From the NCBI GenBank assembly GCA_964252035.1, contig OZ176202.1: a stretch of DNA of 64,000 nt. One strand, written 5' to 3'. Shown here one piece after another: positions 47,096 through 60,056 of the stretch (positions within the stretch are counted from its first letter, which is position 1; each line of letters starts with the position of its first letter). This DNA comes from Podarcis erhardii. Taxonomy: Eukaryota. The position numbers and the translations under genes are program-made. Below the pieces are notes generated by a model that saw only the letters and a program-made list of their open reading frames with translations, did not search any database and was not told the origin of the DNA.

Positions 47096-47479
47096 CTCTC
47101 TCACACGATCTGCCCAGATAGCCTGTACCGGAACAATCACAGACGTATCTATTCCAGCCGTCCCTACAAGCTCCACTGTTCCTGCAGGGATTACTCAAGC
47201 ACGGCTTTGCTGTTTCTCTCGAACACGAGGGTTTCACCCCAGAGGTGCTCTGGATTTCTGCCATTTGGCGGATGTCTTTGCTTTGGCCATCGATAAACAG
47301 GTCCCGAATGCAGCCCACATAACCATAATTGAGAAGCGCTGTCCAGACCTCTGTTGGAAAGACGAGGCCTGCTTTGTTTTCCGGCAAGCCTCCAAGGTAC
47401 AAGTCGTCGTCCAGGTCCAAGATCTCACTCTCTCCAGGTGCAGTATATGGCGTGCGCATAGTGTTGACGGAAATGGTAC
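47096..47479 (-). CDS. NRXN1: NRXN1 exon B (384 nt; second half of LNS3 plus EGF2): (G)[30 protein letters not shown]...[15 protein letters not shown](E)
   Basis: Acceptor cctaaacag|GTACCATT, donor GAGAGAG|gtaggc; phase 1-1; EGF cysteine pattern [12 protein letters not shown]...C-D-C...C. Confidence 0.97.
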
Positions 47480-47589
47480 CTGTTTAGGAATAAAACACAA
47501 GGTGTTCAGGTTTTTTTTTGTTAACAATGGAGAAAAAATGCACAACTGTCACTAACAACCTTCTTCTATGCCCTATGCAGCCTAGGACC

Positions 47590-48030
47590 CACGTACCTAT
47601 GGTGCCACCTCTCCTGGTATGCCCTGCGGAGGACCTTAAGGTCCACACATGACAACATTTTGGAGATTGCTGGTCGCAAGGTTAGATTGGTCGCAACTAG
47701 GGCCAGGGCCTTTTCAGTACTGGCCCTGACTTGGTGGAACACTCTGTCACAAGAAACTAGGGCCCTGTGGGACTTGACATCTTTCCACAGAGCTGTTCTG
47801 CCTGGCTTTTGGTTTGGACTCAGTCTGACCCTTATGTTTCCCTCCCCTTATGGTTTTGATCTATGGGCCACTTTTAAAATGAGGCTGCATTTTAAATTGC
47901 ATTTTAACCTGTATTTTAAATTGTTTTGTTTTTTTCCTATTACGTTTTTACTGTAAATTTATTGGTGTTAACCACCCTGAGCCCGGCTCTGGCTGGGGAG
48001 GGTGGGGTATAAATAAAAATATTATTATAA
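47590..48030 (+). mobile_element. L2 LINE 3' fragment about 110 bp upstream of the exon B acceptor
   Basis: ctagggccagggccttttcagt...ccaccctgagcccggctctggctggggagggtggggtataaataaaa. Confidence 0.8.
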
Positions 48031-51018
48031 GCTTTTATATCCTGCTTGTAGGACAGATCCATGTTCCCAAAATTACTTTTAATCACAGAAGGAAAAATGA
48101 TTACAAGAAAATAAAAAGGTTTAATAACAGTGCAGACTTTTCAAAAGCACAACATATGGGGGGGGGAATGGAGACTTCTTCAATCATCGTTATAGAAATC
48201 AATTAAAGGGAATTTGCATTAAAGATGAATGTGTTGTATAAAGTTTTCCCATTATGTTTGTTTGCTTATAAAACTAGACCTGAAACTGGGCATATCTGAT
48301 GATCCAGAGTGCTGCTGATACCATGCCTTTACACTCCATGCCATTGCTTTGGGAAAATAACACACAGAGGAATGACTGAGTCTCCTGCTTCAATCAATGG
48401 ATCTGGGGAAACCAATCAACTAATGACTGAATGTGTGAATGCAATTTCAAGAAATGGAAACAAAACAAATGGAACTTTTTAAAAAGCAGAAAAATAAAAT
48501 AAAATGGGTTTCTTGCACACCCCTACAACCTGCGAAAACAGTAGTGGCACAGAAGGGAACAACTGCATAAATAAAGCAAGGGTAACCAATATACATTTCA
48601 AGGGAGCCAATGGAGGTAGGTTTTCACCCTCCTCCTGTGCACAGAGAGGGAAAGGATTAACTTGACCTCTCTGAAAGAGGTTCTTCCAAAGAATGTGTCA
48701 CTGTGGAGAAGACTCTGAATCCATTAGCCACCATTTGCATCTTGGGTGGTGGGGCTGCCCATAACAAGTCCATTATAACAGATTTAAGTCCGAAGCATCA
48801 GAGGACTACCTGGCAGCAGTCCAAACCCAGTCCACCAGGGTCTCTTTAAGCCTGGGACACCCAAGGCAGGACCTGTGGAGCCCATACCCACTGATGAGCC
48901 AGGCCCTTCTACACCAGGCACCTGCATCTAATAGCAGCTGGTGACACAGTGTGCATAGGGCTCTGTTGCCCCCTTGGCATCGCAACACTTCAGGTCATTG
49001 CCTGAGAGGAAGAGGTGGAGGTGTGGAGAGCTTGGAACATTGTGGTACATGGCATCACAGCCACTCTGATGCTTCTGCCACTATACACCACACAACACTG
49101 TGCTCCCCACCATCCTGCCTGTTGCTAATGTCCGCACCCTCATGCCAACCTGGCAATTTTGCAGGTAACACACCTGGAAGAACTCTCAGAAATGGGAAGT
49201 CCAGTGGCCAGTTTCTCAAACGGGGATGTGAGAAGAGCCTGACCCTGGTGCAACATGGTGTCAGATGCATAAAGCCTTCAGTTTACCCTGAGCTGCTTGC
49301 TTGTAGCTGTCCATGGTGCTGCAACCACTAGCTTGTCTTCCTCCCTATCGCCATCCTGCCCCTTTGCCCAATCGTGGGATCCTTGTTGAGAGCAGGCCAG
49401 GCCAGGCCAATGGAGCAGCAAGAAAGGGAATGGCTGATCGCCACATGTAAAGCACAGCTTGAAAACTGTGTAAATATTAAATAAACACTAACATACACGC
49501 AAGACTGGGTATTCATCTGCTCTGTGTAAGCACATTTCCATAATGCATCTGTTCTGTGCTTGGGGGTACACTATGATCAATATTGCATGGTTCAGCTATA
49601 GGGCACTGGTGGACGGACAGTCTTTGCCTTCGATTGCCTTTTGGCTCCTTTCATTTAAAATTTATAACCCTGCCTGCTCATCCTACAGACTAGGCACACA
49701 TGACAACAGATTAAAAATATAAAAAAGACATCAAAATTTTAAACCACATCCACACTTTGCTTATCATGTGCACAGTTTAAACAATGTTGTTGCCAGTTAA
49801 AACATGCTTCCTAAAAGCATAGGTTCCTGCCTGTACTAGAACCAAGTATGTTTGCAAGACCTCACAAGACCTAAGATTAGATCACAAATTACGAAAAACA
49901 GGGCTATCAGCTGCTACTAGCAACAGTGGTTAGGTTCGACAGCCACTGCTGGAGGCAATATGCTTCTGAGCATCAGTTGCTAGGATTCACAAGTAGAAAG
50001 AGCGCTCTTGTGCTCAGGTCCTGCTCTTGTGTTTGCCACAGGCATCTGGCTGGCCACTGTGAGAACAGAATGCAGAACCAGACGGACCACTGGCCTGATC
50101 CAGCAGGGTCTTCTTATGTTCCTATCATTCTGCTAAGCCAAAGCGCCACAAAGCTCAGTTCTAAGGTCCTGCAAACTGCCAAGCTGCCACTGCAAAACAT
50201 TAAATCATATAATTCTAGAGCCCCAGGTTTCACATTTTAATTAACTCTGAATTGGCGACTCAGCTTCTTGCCAGCAGACTATGACAGATCAGCATTATTT
50301 ACAAAGGAGAGGGAAATGTAAAGGGCAGGCAGAAGGTCTTAGATATCCTTGGTTTTCAGAAACATGGTTTTCCTTCACAGGTACATCCAATTAAATATTT
50401 TCTTCCAGTGTTTAAACAGGGATGTTTAACCTTTGATGTTATGAAACACAGCAGTGCCAGGTGGAGCCTCTGATCTAATTTACAGTTAATTTACTGATCC
50501 ACACACTGCCCATATGGCCTGAACCATATATGTTCTTTGTATGTTCTTATATGCAACACACTCCCCGGGGAATGCTGTACATTTTGCACTCATGTAACAT
50601 CTGCTATTTTTTTATGTTGCTAAGAAAGCGCAGAGCAATAAAATGAAAACAAAGCAGCCTTTCCCACAACATATTGTGCATGCTGCGGACTGCAGAACAC
50701 AAAAATATACTGCAGTTTTCAGGGAGGAGGTGGTAAGACTAGTTTCTACCTTAGCCTTGCTGCCACCTTTTAAAACCTCAAGATGCCCAGGAACTGGACC
50801 TGACAGAGTAAACATTCTGCTATGCAGTGGCTTTCCTTCTGAACAGGATCTGTTTCCCCTCTATGAAAGAGTCCATGGGATTCAAACCCATAATCCTCTC
50901 AGCACAGATCTAGCAAACCTGCATGGTCTAAACCCGGGGTTGTCAACCTGGTCCCTACCGCCCACTAGTGGGTGATTCAGGATTCAGGATTCTAGGTGGG
51001 CGGTAGGGGGTTCTACGG

Positions 51019-51543
51019 CTCAAGCAGGCTGGTACACAGGCTGAGACCCTACCTGCCCACTGACTGTCTCACTAGAGTGGTGCATGCTCTGGTTATCTCC
51101 CACTTGGACTACTGCAATGCACTCTATGTGGGGCTACCTTTGAAGGTGACCCGGAAACTACAACTAATCCAGAATGCGGCAGCTAGACTGGTGACTGAGG
51201 GCGGCCGCCAAGACCACAGAACACCGGTCTTGAAAGACCTACACGGGCTTCCAGTATGTTTCTGAGCACAATTCAAAGTGTTGGAGCTGATCTTTAAAGC
51301 CCTAAACGGCCTTGGCCCAGTATACCTGAAGGAGTGTTTCCACCCCCATCATTCTGCCCGGACACTGAGGTCCAGTGCCAAGGGCCTTCTGGTGGTTCCC
51401 TTGCTGTGAGAAGCCAAGTTACAGGGAACCAGGCAGAGGGCCTTCTCGGTAGTGGCACCCGCCCTGTGGAACTCCCTCCCACAAGATGAAAAAGAGAACA
51501 ACAACTAGCAGACTTTTAGAAGACATCTGAAGGCAGCCCTGTT
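51019..51543 (+). mobile_element. L2 LINE fragment (second family)
   Basis: RLRPYLPTDCLTRVVHALVISHLDYCNALYVGLPLKVTRKLQLIQNAAARLVT. Confidence 0.85.
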
Positions 51544-51707
51544 TGTTGTTGTTGTTTAGTCGTTTAGTCGTGTCCGACTCTTCGTGACCCCATGGATCAG
51601 AGCACGCCAGCCACGCCTGTCTTCCACTGCCTCCCGCAGTTTGGTCAAACTCATGCTGGTAGCTTCGAGAACATTGTCCAACTATCTTGTTCTCTGTCGT
51701 CCCCTTA
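51544..51707 (-). mobile_element. BovB-type RTE 3' fragment
   Basis: gttgttgttgtttagtcgtttagtcgtgtccgactcttcgtgacccc. Confidence 0.88.
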
Positions 51708-54164
51708 TCCTGGTGTTTGTGTGTATGTGTAATGTGGCCCTCCAGGACTCCCCCCAGCCACACACCCTATCACCATGCCACATTCTTCACGGGCCCTGCC
51801 TTCCCTCATGGGTACCTTCCTTGAGAGTTTTTTGCCTGTCTGTAATGTGTCCTTCAATTCTAGTAATAGTCCTTGATTGCCTGGATGGAGGTTAGAGAGA
51901 AATGTGTGTCAAAAGTAGCTTCACTGCATGAAGGTAACATTCACATGCCTCACTCTGCCTACTTTAATCTGTGGCCTTGTCCACCACTGTGTATCCTCCA
52001 ACATGCCTCCAATGGAAATAGGGACTGTGGCCTGGGCTATGAGGTGCAGCTTCTTCTCCCATTCCAGATGGCTCTGGCAGGCACCCAGCTCTGCCTCCAG
52101 CACAGACCTCAGTGCCTTGTGGTCCTGGGGCTTCGGCCATCCTTCAACTTCCAGTGCCCTCTCTCCCAGTGCCTATTCCTCTTCCGAGGCCAGGACAGGC
52201 CAGGACAGATGCAGCAACCAACTGACTGAAGAGCAGCAAAATGGTGAAACATTTTCTTAGGGACTTTCTTAGGACCCAGATCTACAGGAAGTGGGGCCAT
52301 ATTGAGTGGGCAAGGCGGAGGGAGTGGGAGGCATAGGTCTAAGATATGTGTTAGAGGAATGTGTGGATCTGAACTTCCAGTAACTCGCTGAAACACTGCT
52401 GAAGAGCCACTTCAGAATTAATGACTCTGCATGACACAGTGAGAAGCCGTGATGGTTTAAGGGTTTTCGTGACAGTCCCTCCGTTTTCAGGGAAGTTGGA
52501 GACTATGCCACTGGCGTTTGGCTTCCAGTAGGTTGCTTAGAAGGTTAATGTGGTCTTCAGGGTGAAAAGGGTTCTCCTATCCCTGGTCTAAATCACTGAA
52601 CAATGCTTCCTCAAGCCAAACACTTGTATGACAGCAGGAGCCTTGAACTGGGGGAACTGGAGTGGGAGCCCAGTCGCTTCTCTCTCCCTCTGGTAGCTCA
52701 GCCATGCTGGCTACATCCCTTGCACAAAACATCTCTCCAGAGGTGTCTTTGGATTCTATGGGACAGATTTGACCAAGCAGTTGCACTAGTGGGAGCCAGC
52801 ACTGCTAACGCAGTGGAGCTTCAACTTTCCCTCTTTTGTGCCCCCCATCAGCTCTTGGTGGGGGTCAGGTGAACCCCTAGAGCAGCACACAGGGGAGAAG
52901 AGGGGATACCATCCCCATCAGGCAAGCAGAAATGTTTTTTGCTGACAGAATAAGCATAATCGCATGACATTGCATTCCCTCCCGAGGACTTTCCACTCTA
53001 AGAGGCGTGGAGCTAGCCTGGAAACCACTCAAAGGGTTGTTTATCCCTAGAAAGCAAAGGCAATCCATTAAACGTCTTTCGTTACTTAAAACTGCAGTGA
53101 ATAACTACAGCGACTCCTAGATAGCATAAGGGACGGTGGGGAGGGGGACACGCTCCACCCCAGTGGCTTGAAATGGATATCTGCAAAGTGCTGCTCCGAG
53201 TGAGAGTGTGATTACTCTAAACCTCTAATTATATACTCTGGAGACAGGCATGTGCCTTTTCCTACCCCTGTAATTTCCAGCGCTTATACTGGAACTCTGA
53301 CTTTAATTCAAAATCTCAATGACTCCTTAGCCCTTAAATGCTGGCTTAGCCGCAAAAAACTGCTGATACAATCTGGTTTACACTGCCATGCACAACTGGA
53401 GTTTGACAAGAATAATAACTTTCCCCTCCTGTTCCGATGTGTAACAGTGGTTTTCCAAAAGGGGGTGAACGGTAGCTGGTTTAGGGGGAAAACCCTTGCA
53501 TGGTTGTTTCTCCAATATGCCCACGAGATTAACTAAACATTCAAATGACATGCCGGCCCCTCAACACTGTTATTAATGCAGACGTGGCGTGTTGCAAAAC
53601 CCGCAGAGAGCAAAATGCCTTTGCAGTTTGCTTTTGCTGGGATTCCAGCCGCCTGCCTTTGCCTCCTCCCTCTTCTTTCACTGCAAGGTTGGTAGTACTG
53701 CAACAGCAGAACAGCAGAACATTTCCCATAGGTATGTGTTAATGAGCATCTTGAATCATGTTCATTATCTCAGCAATTTAGTTTTCAAAAGTCTCCTTAC
53801 TACAGCCAAGACATCCCTGCCTAAATGTACTTCTGAAGCTCCTCTCCTCGGTTGTGATCTGTTTCAAAAGCAGAGATAGGAGACAGGGCGCAGCTGCCAC
53901 GCCCCTCCCCCTTATTCTCTGTACTTATTCTCTTTATTAAGCACTGCTGCAAAATTCTCTAAACTGCTGATCTGCAAATGGAGGATTCTTCCTAGTGGTT
54001 TGAATTTGGCCCAGATGTACTACCTAGTGGTAAGCAAATACAAGAAATCTGTATGCAATTGCTCTACAATAAACATGCACAGCTCCTGTCTGGTGTGCAG
54101 TGTTAGATTTTATCAGTATTTGGGTTTGTCTGTTTATTTGCCAGTGCCACCACAACTTTTAGGG

Positions 54165-54585
54165 CAGAGATTCTGGGCACATCAGGTTAAGAAGGATATT
54201 GACAAGTGTGTGAAGAGGAGGGCAACCGAGAAAATCAAGGGTCTGGAAACCAAGCCTTATGAGGAACAGTTGAGGGAGCTGGGCATGTTTAGCCTGGAGA
54301 AGAGGAGACTGAGAGGTGATATGATATCCATCTGGATATCTGGAAGATAGAGAAAGCCCTGTTTTCTGCTTCTCCCGAGGGTAGGTTCTGATCCGATGGA
54401 TTCACGTTACAAGACATGAGATTCCAACTAAACATCAGGAAGAACATGACATGAAGAGCAGAGACAGTGGAATGGACCACCTTGAAAAGTGGTGGGTGCT
54501 CCATTTTGGAAGTTTTAATCTCCATGGCCATCTCTCTGGGATTCTGTAGCTGCGATTCCTGCATTACAGGGGGCTGGACTAGATG

Positions 54586-54633
<48 letters not shown>

Positions 54634-55085
54634 TAATTCATTATTTATACCGTGCCCATCTGGCTGGGCCTCCCCAGCCACTCTGGGAGGCCTCCAACAA
54701 AATATTAAAATCAAACATTAAAAGCTTCCCTAAAAAAGGGCTGCCTTCAGATGATTTCTAAAAGTCTGGTAGTTGTTGTTCTCTTTGACATCTGGTGGGA
54801 GGGCGTTTCACAGGGTGGGCGCCACTACTGAGAAGGCCCTCTGCCTGGTTCCCTGTAACCTCACTTCTCACAGTGAGGGAACCACTAGAAAGCCTTCGAT
54901 GCTGGACCTCAGTGTCCGGGCTGAACGATGGGGCTGGAGACACTCCTTCAGGTATACTGGGCTGAGGCCGTTTAGGGCTTTAAAGGTCAGCACCAACACT
55001 TTGAATTGTGCTCAGAAACGTACCAATCTAGGTCTTTCAAGACCGATGACCCTTGGGGTCCCTTTCAACTCTACAATTCTGTGAT
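54165..55085 (+). mobile_element. Older CR1 3' fragment interrupted by an L2 insertion
   Basis: [30 protein letters not shown]; the CR1 3'UTR resumes at 55045 (gatgacccttggggtccctttcaactctacaattct). Confidence 0.75.
54587..55044 (-). mobile_element. L2 (second family) nested in CR1, with gatga duplication
   Basis: gatga at 54582-54586 and 55045-55049. Confidence 0.8.
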
Positions 55086-57868
55086 GTGGAACCTCAGGCT
55101 GGGGGTTGAATGTGGCCTTCCAGCCCTCTTTATATGAGCCTCAGAAGTCTCTCCAGGCCCTTGTGGTCTCTTCCAACTCTATGATTCTATGATTCCACCT
55201 GGGACTCTTCCCAGCCCTGATATCTATTCCTTGGAAGGTTTTCAGAAAAGAATGCAGCTTTCAACTGAAAATATTTATTGCCCCTGATGATTTAATCATG
55301 TAGTCCAAACTGACTGGCTATGCAAACTATGACACAGTCATGTGACTGTGATTCCTGCATTTCAGGCAATTGGACTAGACGACCCTCAGAATCCATTCTA
55401 ACCTTACAACTGGGGCTTTTTTCAGCTGGAACTCAGTTCCAGCCCCTCTCAGGTGGGTGCCGTTGCCATTATAAGAGAACAAGGGAGGCATTCATGATGA
55501 GTTCCAGTGCTGCTTTTTCTAGAAAAATAGCACTGCCTACAATTCTATGATTCTGTTTTCATTATGGACTCTACAGCTGAGGACCATGCAATGAGGACAC
55601 TAGTTTTCAAAAGGGGGGGGGGGATGGCACTCAAGCAGATCACGGGAACTGTAAATAGGCAAGGGAAAATTAGCAGATGAGCAGTTTTTTTGCTTTGTTT
55701 AAGAACCTTTCATCCTCCAAAAAGCGGCAGCTTTCAGATCAAAAATTGCAAACTTCATGAACATTTGGAACAACTCTGGTGTTGCCCTTCTGGGGACCTG
55801 TAGCAACAGTGGTGATGTAAGAAACCATGTTACAGACTTGGAGCTTCTGCCATTGCCTGAGTGGTATCAGACTGAGCAATTCTGCAGCAGTTTGTGTGCC
55901 CTGAGGTGACATTTAAAGGTTGCCGAAGAATATTCAGCTGTGCTCTGAGTTATTCTAGTATTGAAGTAAATAAGATTTAAGTGTTTGGCTAAAATGGATC
56001 AAATTTCAAGCAGAGGAGAACAGCCGTCCCTTCATCCTGTAACGTGGAACAATGTTACAAATTACTGGAATGGTCAGAAAGACGGAAACGATTGCAAAAT
56101 GGGGAGGGGAAAAAATAATTCAACATGCTTGCTGACCTAGCAACCAAGAGTTAAGGAAATTAAGAAATCTTATTTAGACATGTCACAGCTTTTTCTTATC
56201 TATGGGCACCACTCCGTAGTGGATTTTCAGGCTAGCTAGAGATATGCAAGAGTAAAACGTCACAAGAGACACAGCACGTAGATCAGCAAGAAACAGATTG
56301 CTAATTCATAACAGGGTTCAGGGAAGTACGCAGTTAGGTGCAAACATTGAGCCTGCGACAGCTCTTGTGGATACTCTTAACTGAAGCCTGACAAATTTCA
56401 GAAAAGTAACTGTGTTTGTTCATTTTGCTGTAAAAGACTAAATAAATTTTTGGACATTACTAACACTTTGTGATGGCCCAAACTTCCCTTAGTCTTTTTC
56501 AACAAAAGCAGAACTAACACAAAACCAAAGTGTTTTAGTGTTGCATACTATAATTCTTCTTCCATCCCTTGTTAAACCTAACCTCGGTTTCTAGGTAGGG
56601 TGAGTGGAGTGAAACAACCCTGTGGTTTGGTTGAAAAGAGCCATGCCAGGAGATGACAAAGGGAGAAGCAAGCTTATGCATGCAACACTAAACTACGGTT
56701 TACATCTAAAATTGCCAGGGTGCTTTAAAGAATATTGGCTCTCTCCCACAACAGCTCATGCCATAACATCCTTTTAAAAACCAGTCTTTAAAGGCGCTAT
56801 AATGCTCTTTGTAGTTTTGGAGTTCATGTGGGGTTTATCAATGCTTTATTAACAGAAAGCAAACAAACAACAGCAGCACCCATCCTCCCAAAACCTAACT
56901 CAGCATCCTGCCATGACCCAAACTCAGAAGAAGTAGCAGCTGGGAGGAATTAGAAGCACAGTAAGAGAGAAATAGAGAGTAAGAGAGAAGAAAATGCAAA
57001 AGTAGAAGAAAAAATAGGGACGAAGAGACGGTGTGGTGAGCCAATTGAGATGCCTGGAAATACAAAACAAATGAACAAACATGCTCCGAGAATTTTGGTC
57101 AGATCCCGCTGAAATTGGTGCTAGCCTCACAGCAATTAAAAGCTATATGCTATTTCGCTGTAAGCCACAGAAGGTTCCCTGTCAAGGTTTTGAAATGTGT
57201 GGCGTTGATGATTTCCAGTGCTAGAGGGCAAAGTGTTTAGCTTTCAAAGCAGCTTGCAACAGCTACTGTTTTTGACATATATCCCCATATAGAGGCGATG
57301 TGTTCTTTCCAAATTAGGGGAAGAGATGAACATATGATGGCTGTATCGGTAACAAAGCTTGTTCGCTATTCTACTATCCAGGGATTCAGCTACATTAGTC
57401 AAAATGCAGCGTTATAAATGCGTTATAACACTGTGACACCGAATGGCACTGTAGAGCTGAATTCGTAACTCGGTGGTATTTTCAACTGTGAGCTTTACAA
57501 CGGTTTTCTGCACAGCGTTTTCAGAGAGTTTTTTTTTTTTTTTTTTTGTAGCTGTGTAGATTTAGCCTAAATTGTGTCATTATATAGTTTAGCCACTTGA
57601 TGGCACTGGACTCAGTTGTATGCCAGGGGCGGGGGGGGGGGCATGGAGAGTCAGGAGTTTCCCGTTGCCATTCTGTTCTTGTTGGAAGGAGACAATAAAG
57701 TTATTGTCTAACTTCCTGGCTACTCATCTAAGCCTTCCAAAGCATTTGCAGAGTGGAATTCTGATAGGACAAGCCTATAGCATATGATCTGAAGTTTCTT
57801 CAGGCTCAGCACATCTCCAGCAGAAGATGCAGGCCCTCGATTTCTCTGTAATCTATCAGGTATAAATA

Positions 57869-58094
57869 CAGTGGTACCTCAGGTTACATATGCTTCAGGT
57901 TACAGACTCTGCTAACCCAGAAATAGTGCTTCAGGTTAAGAACTTTGTTTCAGGATGAGAACAGAAATCGTGCTCCGGCAGCACGGCGGCAGCGGGAGGC
58001 CCCATTAGCTAAAGTGGTGCTTTAGGTTAAGAACAGTTTTAGGTTAAGAACAGACCTCCGGAACGAATTGCGTACTTAACCTGAGGTACCATTG
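57869..58094. mobile_element. Tigger-like MITE, family 1
   Basis: TA|cagtggtacctcaggtt ... aacctgaggtaccattg|TA. Confidence 0.9.
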
Positions 58095-58246
58095 TATGGT
58101 CAAAATGCTGAGGAAGGCTGTCAAAATCCTTATTCTAGGTTCCCACTAGCACAACAAGGCCTCATAAAACCCCAGTCTGCTCCAGGAGATCAGTCAGGCA
58201 AGGAAGCAGAAATGCTTGCACCCACTCCTTAGCACTGTGTTGAATA

Positions 58247-58609
58247 AAGATAAAGGTAAAGGGACCCCTGACCATTAGGTCCAGTCGTGACCGACTCTGG
58301 GGTTGCGTGCTCATCTCGCTCTATAGGCCGAGGGAGCCAGCGTTTGTCCGCAGACAGCTTCCGGGTCATGTGGCCAGCATGACTAAGCCGCTTCTGGCGA
58401 ACCAGAGCAGCACACAGAAAAGCCGTTTACCTTCCTGCCAGAGTGGTACCTATTTATCTACTTGACCTTTGATGTGCTTTTGAACTGCTAGGTTGGCAGG
58501 AGCAGAGACCGAACAACGGGAGCTCACCCCGTCGTGGGGATTCAAACCGCCGACCTTCTGATCGGCAAGCCCTAGGCTTTGTGGTTTAACCCACAGTGCC
58601 ACCCGCATC
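58247..58609 (-). mobile_element. Sauria SINE with 13-bp TSD actgtgttgaata
   Basis: TSD at 58234-58246 and 58615-58627. Confidence 0.93.
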
Positions 58610-59617
58610 GATTTACTGTGTTGAATACAACACATTAATTTCAATGGGTCTGCTCTGAGCATAATTTAGTCATATACAAGCCAGTGCTGCTGTTGCCCAA
58701 AAATTCCAGGTACTGTATAAAAAACTGAAGAACATGGGTTCTAGCTGCAGACATACAATCTAAGATATGCAGAGTGGCAGGAAAAAGTAAAGTAAAAGAA
58801 GAGAAGGGTAAATCAAGGAGCCCAAGTGTTTTCTCCTAGGAGTGGAAAAGCCATTTGGGGAGGCAATCTTAAGTGGGAATAAAATATCAAGAAGGGAAGA
58901 TTAAGACACCTCTCCTGCCTGCCTGTCATTCACTCTTTATTTCATCCTCTCTTGTTTATTTCAGCCACTCTTTATTAAAGCCTTTTCTTTAACATTCTGC
59001 CAGGGAGGAGAACCTTGGATCTGTCCATCACACACAATTTGGCCTTCGCACTATAAATTCCAAGAACACCATGATGTCATAAATTGCAGTCCTATTATGC
59101 AGCACAATGGTTATATATCACCACATTCCATTTTACACTTAGCAGAAACTTGGCTTGAAAGCGCACTGTCGTTGTTAGGAGAAATATTGCAACACAGACT
59201 AACATATTCTTCTAACTAATAGCTTTTTGGATTAATTGCCAAAGCCAAATCAATTGCAAGCGGGGTGAGAGAAAAAGGCTCCACAGCAAACAAATGGCTG
59301 TCGCTGGAAAGAGGAGTTCTATCTCTTGTCTTCCTCCTTTTAGCCAATGACTAGTGCTACAAAATCTTGGTTCCAAGTCTCCCTGGCCATCTTCCATTGC
59401 ACTAGGTGCTGCCTGCAGGGACAAGGAAATGTGGGAATACAGTAAGACATTACCAAGGAGAGAGAGAGACTGAGATTCAGGGGTGCTGTTTTTTGATGCA
59501 GCACCTGCACCTGTCATAATGACTTCAAAGGATGTCATTATATTGCAATAGCAATTGCAACACACAACACCCTTGCTATTTTGTCTACAATACACAGAAG
59601 GGTAAACCCAAACTTAC

Positions 59618-60056
59618 CAGATCGTCCGTCTCTTTGAAAGTCAACGTGGTACCATTCACCGTCATTCACCTTCTTTTGCAAAGCTTTTGTTTTAATCGTA
59701 CCAGAACCCATGTCCAGCAGCAGGTAGAGGTGGCCATCAAGCATCTCAATGGCAAAGAAGTCAACTTTGACCATTTGTGGGTGTTTAGCATCTTTCTGAT
59801 GCCGCGGTTTGCCGTGGCTAAAAAGTATCAGCCCATTTGGCTCGGTGGTGCGGAAATCAAACGATATCGAGCCCGTTTTCTTGGCGTTCCACTTTGGCAA
59901 AGAGATAAAAGATTCTGGTGTTTCAAAAGTGATTGGATCCAAGGTTGCCACATTTTCACATTTAAATGCTACCACACCATGGATCTTCATCTTAGGATCT
60001 CCTTGTTTGGCAAGTCGAGAAAGTTCCAGCCTTACATCGTTGTTTTTGTATACAAC
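59618..60056 (-). CDS. NRXN1: NRXN1 exon A (439 nt; end of LNS2 and first half of LNS3): [23 protein letters not shown]...[12 protein letters not shown](G)
   Basis: Acceptor ttgcttgcag|GTTGTATAC, donor CGATCTG|gtaagt; starts in phase 0, ends in phase 1; lies within ORF 59538..60158(-). Confidence 0.97.

Larger units (their letters stand above)
87..60056 (-). other. NRXN1: Internal portion of the alpha-neurexin-1 gene: 7 coding exons and 6 complete introns (12138, 13233, 3712, 25697, 1051 and 2389 bp); the gene extends past both window ends
   Basis: The spliced exons give one open frame of 1750 nt matching vertebrate neurexin-1-alpha as I recall it. The insert [30 protein letters not shown] is NRXN1-type rather than NRXN2/3. 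All junctions are AG/GT with matching phases. Confidence 0.97.

Noticed and set aside
48891-48960. Second hammerhead or C/D snoRNA at ctgatgag
   Set aside because: No stem II followed by GAAA, no suitable terminal stem or D box, and it is on the non-gene strand.
55156-55200. 3' transduction linking the tiny CR1 end here to the copy at 20925-20972 (both followed by cacct)
   Set aside because: Only about 5 nt are shared beyond the tail, which is too short to separate from chance.
59212-59595. Additional NRXN1 exon or 127-aa gene downstream of exon A
   Set aside because: No neurexin-like or other recognisable sequence, and exons A and B already join in frame.
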